Shown: piece after piece, positions 1 to 11,302 of the stretch
Position numbering within the stretch: the stretch's first letter is position 1
How the letters are laid out: each line of letters begins with the position of its first letter
From: Eledone cirrhosa
Taxonomy: Eukaryota
Direction: 5' to 3'
Length of the DNA stretch: 64,000 nt
NCBI GenBank assembly: GCA_964016885.1
Contig: OZ024741.1
Coordinates: 50,592,001-50,656,000 of the forward strand
Translations under genes and position numbers: made by a program
Notes under the pieces: generated by a model
The model's input: the letters and a program-made list of their open reading frames with translations, nothing else
What the model was told of the DNA's origin: nothing
Database searches by the model: none

Positions 1-148
1 ATAATATCGAATCTATGAGATTTTGATATTATTTATTTTGAGAACAATACCTTAACATAAGTAAGAGTGGCCAGTTACGGCCGGTTTGAACAGAAAGAGG
101 TGAGAGAATTCTGGCTGGATACAGCTGGTTTAAATGCTAAAGGGTTAA
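1..148 (-). mobile_element. End of a non-autonomous piggyBac-type MITE (truncated by window start)
   Basis: Ends in ...AATGCTAAAGGG+TTAA (145-148). Reverse complement resembles the element at 36048-36397. Confidence 0.65.
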
Positions 149-599
149 AGCCAAGTGGCAGGTGTAGAAAGACTACAAAAAAAGAGGGTTGTAAAGATCA
201 CTATCAGGTAGCTAAAAGAGATAATTGACAGGTGTTCATAGCAAAGAAAGAAAATGTCTAGCGACGTGAGAATCAGAGATATGGAGTGTTCCATATCTCA
301 AAACAGTGTGTCTGTAAGAATCTGTTATTGGAGAAAAGTGTGTTTGATTGAAATGATGTTGGTGCAGTTAGCATCACTAACATTTTTTTCAACACGCTGA
401 CATGTATATGAGTATATTATTATAAACACACAAATACAGACACACTCACAGACATACATGTTAGATGCTGTTTTCTGTAGTTTGCTGTCATCCCTTTCTT
501 CATGTCATCTCTAGTGTGACATCATCACCCCTTCTTTCCTGCCATCTCTAGTGTGTGAAGTCATCACCCCTTCCTTCCTCAGTCATCTCTAGTGTGTAA

Positions 600-1262
600 T
601 GGAAGGGTGGACAGATAGAAGTCGCTCAAATTTATATATAGATTGACATATGATGAACGTGGAGAGAGAGAATAAAGAAGAGGTACTACCTCCAGCCAAC
701 CCAATAGAGAGACCAGTTATCAAAATTGATAGTTATAGGGTCAAAGAAGCAATCAAGAGGATGAGAAATGGTAAAACTTCTGGACTGACAAAGATAGTTG
801 CTGAGATGCTGAAATTATCTGAGAAAGAAGGAACTGATCTAGTCACAAGGTAAATACAGGATAGGGTTATACCTAATGATTAGTGTAGTAGTATACTCAT
901 TAACTGTTAGAAGGGGAAAGATAATGCACTAGAAAGAAGCAACTAGAAGCATGAAACTAATGGATCAAGTTATGAAAGTCACAGAAAGAGTTTTAGTGTA
1001 ACTAACTAGAGAAAGAGTCAAATTAGATGAGCTGCAGTTTGGTTTTGTGTTAGGAGCACCACAGATACCCTCTTCTTAGTTAGACAACTACAAGATAAAT
1101 TCCTAGCTAAGTGTAAGCCATTATATCTAGCTTTCATTGATCTGGAGAAGGCCTATGACAGAGTTCCATGATATCTTATCTGGTGGTCCTTAAAGAAACT
1201 AGGTGCAGAAGAATGGCTTGTAAGAGTAGTGCAAGCCATGTACAGAGCAGTTGTCAGTAAAG
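600..1262 (+). mobile_element. Degenerate RTE-like LINE reverse transcriptase fragment
   Basis: Broken frames read KTSGLTKIVAEMLK, QFGF, LVRQLQDKFLAKCKPLYLAFIDLEKAYDRVP (RT motifs) with multiple stops. Confidence 0.8.
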
Positions 1263-1326
1263 AGAGATGTATATATCATCATCATCATTTTACAAGTGAG
1301 GAAATTACTAATTATAACAGTACATA

Positions 1327-1688
1327 TATCATCATCATCATTACCATTTTACGTCCGTTCTTCCACGCTAGCATGGGTTAGACGGGTTGTCCTGTTGTGG
1401 GCAGTGTCCAGTCGGCTGACCTTGTCTTGCTCATACAGGAACTGATTCTGGCTTGATTTCTACAGCTGGATGCCCTTCCTAACACCAACCTCATTTACAG
1501 TGAGTGTGGGTGCTTTTTTGCTGTGGCACCTCCATGACCACTTTTCAGTGGAATGATAGGGACTCCAGTCCTATCATCTCATTTCTACAGCTGAGTAAAC
1601 TGGAGCAATGTGAAATAAAGTGTCTTGCTCAAGGAAACAACACATCACCCGGTACGAGAATTGAACTCACAACCAAGCCATGCGCTTT
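1327..1688 (-). mobile_element. tRNA-derived SINE with LINE-derived (ATG)n tail
   Basis: Reverse complement closely matches the copy at 14984-15370 (TTGAGCAAGACACTT...CTCAGCTGTAGAAATGAG core, GATGAT tail). Confidence 0.8.
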
Positions 1689-1821
1689 CACATATATATA
1701 TATGTATATATATAAGAAGGTATGTAATTCATAGGCTGCGACAATGCGAAAGGTGTGGTATGATTCAAGATAAAAGAAGGTAACAAAGCTGCTCTGTTTT
1801 ACCTGTTCTTTATTCAAATAC

Positions 1822-1860
1822 GACCTTAATTTTCAAGATAAAATCTCCTCATCAGAAGTC
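1822..1860 (-). ncRNA. Minimal type I hammerhead ribozyme
   Basis: GACTT-CTGATGA-GGAGATTTTATCTT-GAAA-AT-TA-AGGTC: helix I GACTT/AGGTC, helix II GAGAT/ATCTT, loopless helix III. Confidence 0.65.
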
Positions 1861-2284
1861 AAAAACCTTGGAAAATAGAGAAAAGGTTTTAGCTTGTATG
1901 TGCTATCTTTTCTTGAAAAAAGTAGAGAAAACATTGCAGTGGGTGTGGCTTATCAGATGAGAGAACAGCTCTCCTGTTAAGTAATTTATCATTATGAAGA
2001 GATTGCATTCCCACCCACTTTCATGGCAAGGTTTAACTGAAATAACAATAGACCAGGTCAACTTGTAGTTAAAATTCATATTTTCCAAAGCCCATATGTA
2101 ATTTCACAATGATGTGACTAAGATTCTCATTTTTGAAAGAATGTGAGTGGGTAAAATACTGTTTTTAAAAGAATTAACTGTAGCCATTATCTAATTTTTT
2201 ACTTCCACTTAGGAAACTATCTTGCAGCTGCATACTATGATTTTCCTCCAGCTACTTCTAATCTAATCTAAAGTCTGTCTCAAG

Positions 2285-2545
2285 CCAGGAGGCTCATTAG
2301 GCTGGTGTTTGTCCCAGTTTCGTAGCGTGAAGCGACTGAAAATACAAGACTTCTCCCTGAACAGGACACCAGTCCATCACAGGGTTAAACCCATAGCTAT
2401 TGCTGGTACTCATTTTCAGCTGAGTAATCTGGAGCAATATGAAATGAAGTGTTTTGCTAAGAACACAACACAGTCCAGGAATCAAACCCACGACATTATG
2501 ACCGTAAGTCTAACATCCTTACCGCTAGGCCAGCTACCTACAATT
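2285..2545 (-). mobile_element. tRNA-derived SINE
   Basis: Reverse complement has GGTAGCTGGCCTAGCGGTAAGG (A-box-like), GGTTTGATTCC (B-box) and the shared CTCAGCTGAAAATGAGT core. Confidence 0.75.
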
Positions 2546-2948
2546 GCATTTAGCATTCCTGTCCTATTATTATTATATCCCCATCTCAGGTTTTCTTCTG
2601 GTAGTCTGTCTCAGGTTGTATCTTTAACCTCACCGTTTCCCATGGAATTTGCTACTATTTGCGTAAACCTACCCTTCCTCAGTTGGAAATTGATTTGTAC
2701 TTATTCTATTGCTTAAGATTTTATTTTGTCTAACATCTATCCTATCATTACCTTGGTCAATACTCTACACCCTTCCAAATTTAATATCAGTAGCCCCTAG
2801 CCTTCTGATTTTCTCATAATTCATAAAGGCTATATTAGGAATAATTGAGTAAGATAGCTACATTGCATACTTATTAAGTATCTTTCTTCATTTATAAGTT
2901 GGAGAGATTCCTATTCGGATACTAAAGAATATTTTGGGGATCCTAGAT

Positions 2949-3071
2949 CAGTGGTCGCCAACCTTATGGACCACTAAATTCATAATTTTAAATCCTACAG
3001 ACCATTATGAATTTAAAAAAAAAGATAAATACATTAACATTTTTCTGCAGACCACCGGTTGGTGACCGCTG
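2949..3071. mobile_element. hAT (Charlie-like) MITE
   Basis: TIRs CAGTGGTCGCCAACC / GGTTGGTGACCGCTG. Perfect 8-bp TSD TCCTAGAT (2941-2948, 3072-3079). Confidence 0.85.
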
Positions 3072-3512
3072 TCCTAGATAATACCTGGGCCACAAATGGA
3101 GGGTTGAACCAGATGACATTCCTCTATTAATTCCTTTTTTTTGTAGTTTATCTAAATTATTGTTTCTGAATATTTTGGGAATTTTCTTCAAGTTTATATT
3201 TTTATGAATATGTTCCATATATTTTTTATTGTTAAATTTGATCTGTTAGTGCTTTTGTTCCTATCCTACTGAGTATAGATTCCTTATTTATTCCTAGTGT
3301 TAGCATGGGTCTCTTCCTAGTCTGTTGTGATTGTAATGAATATAGTTGTTACATATTTTACTACCAACCTGTAAATTCGAATCTATTTTAACATCAGGGA
3401 TGAATTCAATTTTCTCCTTATACCAAAATCTTTTCAAAGCTTTATTGTAATACTCAACATTTTCCCTAAAATTATCCTCATTAGTGGACAGTCTAGAAAT
3501 TCTAAGAGTCAT

Positions 3513-3785
3513 TTCATGCAGAGCCGCTACTTCTGCGAATTGAGAGATCACAGCTTCGATACTATGGGCATGTGGTTAGAATGTCTCAGGAAAGAATCGC
3601 TGGATAGTTTTTACGGGCAAAACCAACTGACAAAACACCGAGCAAGATGGTTGGCTTGGCTGGTCACACTTGAGGATCCAGCCAGATCAGATGGAGATGG
3701 TTGCTTCTGACAGGACTTGCTGGAAGATGTGTTTGAGGACTCTGCCCCCATGACCCTCTCAGGAATAAGTGGGCGAAGAAGAAGA
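3513..3785 (+). mobile_element. 3' end of an RTE-type LINE with (GAA)n tail
   Basis: Reads EPLLLRIERSQLRYYGHVVRMSQERIA and ends GAAGAAGAAGA. Related inverted copy at about 38035-38290. Confidence 0.7.
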
Positions 3786-3999
3786 CATTTTTTATTATAA
3801 AATTGATTATGGAACTAGCATGGTTTGATTTATTTTATGGACATAGTGAATATTGTTAACTATTTTAATGCTTAGAAAAGCTGTGTACTTTCTTTCTTCC
3901 CTTTTCCAGTTCCAGGCCGTTAAACTTATCCAAAATTAAAAGGACATCATCTCTATAATAACTCCCCTGCAAGCCTGGAAATTCCTCTTTTAGCTTATA

Positions 4000-4827
4000 C
4001 TAGCAGAATGGCCCAGCATTGCTCAGGATTCTAAACATAGATTGGCATGTTTATCCCTCCTTTCTGAAACAGTTTTGTTGTATGTTCACCAATTGATGCA
4101 GAAGTCCTAATAAAAAGTGAAGTCGCCTTGGGTGAATAGGCAAATAATTTTCCATTAAGATTTTTCAAAAGCATGTAATTGCGTTCTCTCTCTTTTTTGT
4201 TGTTTTTGCTGCTGTCGGTGTGATAGCAGCCGTTGGTTGTACTACTAACACAGTCTCGTCCTTCTTCAGCCAATCGTGTATATCCCTTTCTGCCTCGTCA
4301 ACAATGAGAACAATATTTGCTCTAGGGTTATATATTTGATTTATATTTATCCTTATCGAGCCTCATGAAATAAATATGTTTGTTTATGTTTTGTTATTGT
4401 GTATGCAAAAATATCTGTACACGAATATATAATTATATATATAAATAACAGATTAAAGTTTAAACAAAGAATCGCTGCTTTCACCCTTAACGGGATCTTC
4501 TGAAACTAAAAAATCAATCTGTGAACGCAGAAGTAAATATTTCGAAAAACGTTACACACACTATATATATATACACACACACACACAGCTACGTCATAAT
4601 GTCATAATGCAGACAGCCAGACATAGATATTATAAGGGCATAACGTTATATCTATGTATCTATCTAAAAAGAGAACGACTAAGAATTAGAGAGAGAGATC
4701 GCTAAATTGCCTAATGCGGTCCCTAGGGCATAAGTATTACATGTGTAAAGTTTGAAAACAATAGGTTGGGTGGCTCTCGAGTTTTAGTGATCGGACAGAC
4801 AGACATTCTCTGTTCTAGATATATAGA
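4000..4827 (-). mobile_element. Non-autonomous Helitron
   Basis: Minus strand starts TCTATATATCTAG...TGTCTGTCTGTCC and ends with hairpin CCTGAGCAATGCTGGG followed by CTAG. Inserted between A and T with no TSD. Confidence 0.65.
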
Positions 4828-5124
4828 TAGTAAATATAGACCCACTATGTTCATTACTTGGACTGAGTCACTAGATCCCACCATGATATCAAAATTATTC
4901 TATCCTTTTCCCTTAAATTCTATAATAGTTCTTGCAGCTAAAGTTATATTAATTTCATCTCTGGTTAAGCCAATCATTTTCACAACCAGACCACACCTAC
5001 TATGGTGTTTTTTCTACTTTTTTTCATATTTCATATTTTTTCTTTCTTCTGTATTTGTGACTCTTCTATAAAACAAAGTTTTAAATAGGACTTTATTAAT
5101 ATTTTTGAATTAAATCCTGATAGA

Positions 5125-6134
5125 ACTCTCTTGTCTACGATTTCACAGAACTTATGTTTACCAAATTCACAGACTAGACCCCTTCTTCCTCCCGTTAGAC
5201 CTGTGCGAAATTCCTTCCTTGCTCACATTTCAACCAGATTTGATGGTCTTTATTCTCTCTCGTTCACGATTTCACCGAACTTATATTCATGGAAATTTTT
5301 GGACTTGACTCACTCTTCCTCACTTTTCGTTGCTTCACCATCTTTGTTTGTTTACACTCTCGCTGTTCCCTTTATTTACATGTCCCAACGACTTTCTTTA
5401 GCCGTTGCTCGCACCAACCGGAGGTATATGGTCTTTAAAGCGAAGAAATACCGATGATGGTTGGAAGATCACTGATGAAGGACCACTTTATTCATATGTA
5501 ACCCATTTGCAACTCCGCAGCACGTTTATTCTCATATTTACACATTTTTTTCTCCCGCTGTGACCCGTCTATTTTGCTCTTACTGCTTCCTCTTTCTCTG
5601 TATCTTTACCCTCTCTAACAGTCACTCTCTCTGTTAGCCTCTTCCTCACCCTTCACTCACTCATTCTCTGTTACTACCTCTCCTCCTCCTCCTTCTTCCC
5701 GTTTGACCTGTGCGTAATTCTTTTCTTTCGCATGCTTGGCCAGGCCGGTCGGCATTTTTTCTCTCTCTCGTCTACGATTTCACAGAACTTATGTTTACCG
5801 AATTCACAGACTAGACCCCTTCTTCCTCCCATTAGACCTGTGTGAAATTCCTTCCTTGCTCACATTTCAACCAGGTTTGATGGTCTTTATTCTCTCTCGT
5901 TCACGATTTCACCGAACTTATATTCATGGAAATTTTTGGACTTGACTCGCTCTTCCTCACTTTTCGTTGCTTCACCATCTTTGTTTGTTTACACTCTCGC
6001 TGTTCCCTTTATTTACATGTCCCAACGACTTTCTTTAGCCGTTGCTCGCACCAACCGGAGGTATATGGTCTTTAAAGCGAAGAAATACCGATGATGGTTG
6101 GAAGATCACTGATGAAGGACCACTTTATTCATAT
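5125..6134 (+). repeat. Partial tandem (pLTR-like) repeat: two ~370-bp near-identical copies 637 bp apart, each ending in a half hammerhead
   Basis: 5134-5497 matches 5771-6134. Both end CTGATGAAGGACCACTTTATTCATAT; the second runs into (TA)n. Confidence 0.8.
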
Positions 6135-6559
6135 ATATATATATATATATATAGATGAGCTGAAAGAAAAGCTGAGTATAAGAGGAATTGATGTAGTGTG
6201 CAGGAAAGCAGACTGCATTGGTCTGGACATATGTGTATGGATGATGGCCATTGGGTGAAGAACTGTTTATCTATATATATATATATATATATCATACTGT
6301 AAATGTGGTTGGTGTTAGGAAAGGCATCCAGCTGTAAAACACCCGACCAAATTTACAGTCCTTGTCAGAGCAAGGTACGGTGTGGCCAACTCTGGCCAGA
6401 CTTGTCTCCTGGCGTGGATGACCTGTTTAACCCATGCAAGAATGGAAAAATGGATGCTAAATGGTAATGATGATGATAGAAACTGTTTTTGATAGATTCT
6501 CCTTCACTGCTAATGAGGTCACCTATGAAGCAAAAATTACTTCAGGCAAACCTTCTGAA

Positions 6560-7360
6560 CATTTGAGTGAGTTTATTTCATGTGTAACTTTAGTGTTGAC
6601 TACTCCTGTGTATGGCATTTCGAAGGTTTGTTGCTATCTCTTCCTTCGGCCAGCACAAACAGGTCCGTGCGCCACCACCATATTTGTACACCTCAACACC
6701 AGAAACCCTGCAGTCTTTACCTCCTCTATGGAGGGTGGTGCATCCAGCTCACTTTTGACTTGCTGCTGTGAAATGTTGTTGATTGAAGTATCTCCTATTG
6801 AGTGTTTGTCTCCAAACAGGTTACCATAGTGTTCAGTCCAGCTGTTGAGGATGGCTTTTTTGTCTGTAAGAGGAGTTAGTGTTTGGTGAATGGGGCCATA
6901 GATCTCCCTGAGTGTCTCATAGAAGGCTCTAGTTTTGCCAGTATTTGCACAGTGTTGTATTCTCTCGGCCTGTTCTGTCCACCAGTTATTCAGGATCTCC
7001 TTGAGCTTCCTCTGTAGGATGCTGCAGGTTTTCCTCTATGTCGACTTGGCTATTCTGATTCAACAGCACTCCTTGGTGTGCTGAACGTTTCTCATCAATG
7101 AGCTTTTGGATCTCAACATCATTCTTGTTGAACCAGTCTTTGTTCTTCCTTGTAGAGAAACCCACCACTTCTGCTGTTGTGCCTTGTAACATTCTCTTCA
7201 GATATTGCCAATAAGTCTCTGGTTCGGCGTCGGGAACTACAATGGTGTTAAGCTTTGCTTCCAGCTTCCTGTGCATCACAAAGTCTACCATCTCTGTCAG
7301 ACCATCTGTGACACCACTATACCCCTTGTGTGTTCGCTGTGCACACTGCATTGAGTTTCC
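6560..7360 (-). mobile_element. RTE (BovB-like) LINE remnant
   Basis: VVGFSTRKNKDWFNKNDVEIQKLIDEKRSAH and LLTDKKAILNSWTEHYGNLF, typical of the RTE endonuclease-RT linker; frameshifted. Confidence 0.75.
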
Positions 7361-9147
7361 ATCTACTCCTCTGCTTACTGAGCACAGCTATTTCCTACTT
7401 GCTAAAAGTTTATTTTGAGGCATTTTGATTTTAGCTTCCGCATCTGGGATTTTTTCTCTAATTCTATTCTTCTGCAATTTCAGTTACAAGAGATAGGCCA
7501 ACAGAATATAGAAATTCCCATGGACAATTCCTCTTGTTTATTATTAGTCCTCCATGCCATAAAAACTAGTATGTTATGGCTTGAGAACTGAGCTCCTCGG
7601 AGAGAGGAGCGAATTTCGTAGACAAAAACTGTGACAGACTGCTTGACCCAACAGTATGTATAAATTCAAAGTGTTAGCCTTGTGTCAAACTAAGTCTGAC
7701 GAGGATCACATTAAGTATATACGTATCTGCGTTCATTCTACTGCCGGCCAAACACCTGTAATCCTGATCAACGTTAGTAAAGGTACTCATACGAGAGCAT
7801 CGGCCAAAACAGTCATATCTTATCAAGGTTTAGAAGAGTAAATTCGCTGGTTAAAGTGAAAAGTGGACACTGCAGTCCAATGGCGGAAACTATTGATTGA
7901 CTTACATTATCGAATACTTTATATTATATATATATATATAATACCCCCCCCCCCCCCTACTGAAATACGAAGACATTTGCCTCTTAGTCGAATACTTAAC
8001 AGAAAACACACTGCCAATACTGACAAAAAGCAATCTTGACTAAAAACAAAATCCAACACGAATCAACAGAGGAAATACTTTATGGAAGTTCGACCTTCTA
8101 GAAATTGCAGTCATAGATCACTTAAGTCGCATCTTAAGATTATATAGTTCCATATACACTAAATAAAAGACATGATGGTCATAGCCGGAGCGTCAACATC
8201 TTAAGTCTGCTAGAACAGAATTGTTAAAATGACGACTATGATTTCTTCCATTAAGAATCAGTAATAAATGTGACAGTATAGATGTTCCCTGGTATTGTAT
8301 TTTGTCTTGTTAATGTTTATCGATCTAAAAGTAATAAAGCTGTTTTGTTACTTTCTTGTTAGTAGTGAGAAAGATAGAGGGAAAAAAGGAAAGAAAAGAA
8401 ATTAAGCAAACGAAAGAAAGGAAAAAGTGAGGCCGAAACGACAAACTGCAAACCCCGGCCCGAGCTGCATTTTGTTAATATAAGCAGTATGTCTTTTGGT
8501 CAGATATACAACCAAGAGATACATAATTTACATTTAAGTAAAGATCGAAAGAATTCGATGATGAAAATAAATCGAGGGTCCCGCGTTGTTTTAGCCATGA
8601 CGGACACGGCCATTCTGGGGTTCCGACTTCAATAGCAACCGAAAACTGAATCAGTCTTTGATTTATAATTCTAGACACACCTACAATGATTTACAGGTAG
8701 AAAAATGTTCCATGATTTGCTACATTTTAAAAAACTTTTGATTAAAACAATTTTGACTTGGGGTGGGAGTTTTCTGAAGTAGGAAGGGAAGAAGAGGGAA
8801 AAGTTTCTTTAATATAAAATAGATATACAAAACAAGAAAGAGGAGAATGGAATAATAAACATTTTTTTTAAACATCAAGTTAAGAGTAATCATTTTATGA
8901 ATATATCTATCTATATATACCAAATCCCTAATAAGAAAATATTCTAACTTACATTTGATTGACATTCAAAATCTCCCGTGTTCAGATGAACCGGATGATA
9001 CCGAATCTCATTGGCTAATATACGTGATACCCATACATACCCTCATTCTATCTATCTATCTATATATATATAGGCACACACACACACACATATCTATTTC
9101 TCTCTCTATATATATACACATATCTAGATGTAAAAAATAAACAGTTA

Positions 9148-9197
<50 letters not shown>

Positions 9198-9403
9198 TAC
9201 ATCTGTCTGTATATCATTAGCCTCCTGCCCAACCTATTAATAAATTGAAATTTGCCCCTGAATTACATATATCACTGTACTACAGAGATATTTTTATATT
9301 GTTTTAAATCTTCAACAAAGATCTCAAAGTCTGAAATATAAATTTCTAAATTTGTTTATCATTTTTGTGACACATATTTAAACATTTTTATGCTGATTTC
9401 TAA

Positions 9404-9494
9404 TATAAAATACATCGCAGGAAGTCAGTCCTTATAAGCACGTGCAGCGGTGACTATTCCGCACATGGTATCACATAGTCAGAAGAAAATGGCG
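9404..9494 (+). promoter_or_regulatory. Putative core promoter/5' UTR of the p23 gene
   Basis: TATAAAA 9404-9410, ETS-like CAGGAAGT 9418-9425, Inr-like TCAGTC 9425-9430, E-box CACGTG 9439-9444, YY1-like AAAATGGCG over the ATG. CpG-retaining region. Confidence 0.5.
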
Positions 9495-9505
9495 AACACC
9501 ACACT
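9489..9505 (+). CDS. PTGES3: p23/PTGES3 exon 1 (MANTTL)
   Basis: AAAATGG start context, donor GTGAGT at 9506, phase 2 matches exon 2. Short, so less certain than the other exons. Confidence 0.75.
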
Positions 9506-9749
9506 GTGAGTATGAAAGCTACCGGGCTCTGGCCGATACATTATTCATTATTTATATGGTCAGAGCTTTTGTCTACCCAAATATTTCGCTGAATAATCTT
9601 GATAATGTGTTTTTTTATCAATAAGTTGGACATTTTATTCATTATGTTCTAGCTTTAATCGAATTAAAGACGTTTTTCTTTCTGCGTGTAGATTGAAGAC
9701 GCTTCACTGAGCTGCGTCTTTTTTTTTTTTTTTCTTCGAAACCCACCAT

Positions 9750-9764
9750 AGAACATTCTAGTAT
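9750..9764. promoter_or_regulatory. Candidate heat-shock element in intron 1
   Basis: aGAAcaTTCtaGTAt: nGAAnnTTCnnGAAn with one mismatch, about 250 bp into intron 1 of a chaperone gene. Confidence 0.4.
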
Positions 9765-9889
9765 CTATGTATATAGATTACCGCTAATTGTTTAATGTAT
9801 CTTACACGCCTGTATCTATAGTATTTTATACGTGTGCATGTATATTATAATACATGTATATTTATATAATATACATTTATATATATCTC

Positions 9890-9924
<35 letters not shown>

Positions 9925-10564
9925 GTACGTATACACATGTGCGTGCACAGGAACATGCATGTATATATGTGTGTATAAATCTTAACTTCCATCAAATATG
10001 TATATACATGTAAAATGTACATGTATATACTATGTATGTATGTCTATATTTGATTAAAATATACATTTAGAGATGTAATATGAAATATACACATAGAAGT
10101 ATAGCAGTCAATTTACGTCTCTTTCTCTGTTATATATATACACACACAACAAAATGTATGATTTATTTCGACCCTAAGGACCGATTGTTCTGATCATTAT
10201 ATTCACTCCCTCGGACGATGGAACATCCACGCGGTCGGTAAGAGATTCTTGGAATAGCAGCCAAATTTCTCTTTCAAATCACACCCTATTAATCAGAAAC
10301 AAGTATATAGAACTGTAGTGTTGCGACATGCAAAAGGATGGGATGGTCACTGCTGGAACGCCATCAATAATTTCTATTCCGATTAAAGCTATTAAAAACA
10401 TCATTACCTAGCTAATATATATATATATAGTCTCTCTACTTTCCTTTGAGATTTGATTGTATAGTATAAGTATGTTTGATATATATATATACATGTCAGG
10501 ATTAACTGTTGAATTTTTTTTCTTTTTCTGGTTTATTATATTTAATTATGGCTAATGATACTAT

Positions 10565-10601
<37 letters not shown>

Positions 10602-11197
10602 GTCCCATGTTCAATCAGTACGGTACTCAATACATAGAGTATATACTTCATGATTTCCTTCGAATGAAAGTTCTAGTCCTGTAGAAGCTATTTCTATTTT
10701 AAATCTTATATATATATATAAATAATAAATATTTATATGCATGTTATATATTGTCAATCGTATGAGTGAGGTGATTTTGATTTAAAGTGAAAATAATGAA
10801 AGTTGGTCACTTTTGCAGTTTTGTATTTTCGTTTTTTTTTTTCATTACTCCAACCTATTTGAAACAAAGAAATCATATATATATATATATATCCGCATGC
10901 ATATACACACGTGTGACATGTGGTTCTCAATCTCTCTAATGCTTATATCTACGCTTTGGTGTACGGGCCAAAGAAAAGTAATCATCGTTTAACGTCCATT
11001 TTTCCACGCTAGCATGGGTTAGACGATAGTTTGCGTATATATATCATCATCATCATCATCATCATCTATATATATATATATATACTGCATGTCTAAAATT
11101 GTATTTGTACATAACATTATTTTACAGTTCACATTTAAATCATTAACGGGTATACATTTTTTTTTGTTAGTTTCTCGTATTGAGAGTCAATATATTC

Positions 11198-11302
11198 GTT
11201 TATAAAACCGAACTTCTATGGATGACTATTCATTTATAAAACCGAACTTCTATGGATGACTATTCATTTATAAAACCCAACTTCTATGGATGACTATTCA
11301 TT
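11198..11302. repeat. 33-bp minisatellite, 3 copies
   Basis: TTTATAAAACCGAACTTCTATGGATGACTATTC-type unit repeated three times. Confidence 0.9.

Larger units (their letters stand above)
1715..3512 (-). mobile_element. Decayed Penelope-like element (RT thumb plus GIY-YIG remnants, 3' pLTR with hammerhead)
   Basis: Minus-strand peptides RISRLSTNEDNFRENVEYYNKALKRFWYKEKI (3300-3551) and HSFKNEN...NYIWALENMNFNYKLTWSIVISVKPCHESGWECNL (about 1990-2150) resemble PLE RT-thumb and GIY-YIG C-terminal motifs. An HHR follows at 1822-1860, then a (TA)n tract. Interrupted by a SINE and a hAT MITE. Confidence 0.7.

Noticed and set aside
1803-1866. Apparent 64-nt minus-strand exon (CCAAG|...|GTAAAA)
   Set aside because: Stops in all three frames; better explained as the hammerhead/pLTR of the PLE.
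7585-7720. Hammerhead-like fragments (CTGA-GCTCCTC...GAGGAGC-GAAT; CTGACGA-GGATC)
   Set aside because: The first lacks the NGA and helix I; the second lacks the GAAA half.
8475-8678. 67-aa minus-strand ORF near the promoter
   Set aside because: No recognisable domain and no convincing downstream exons found.
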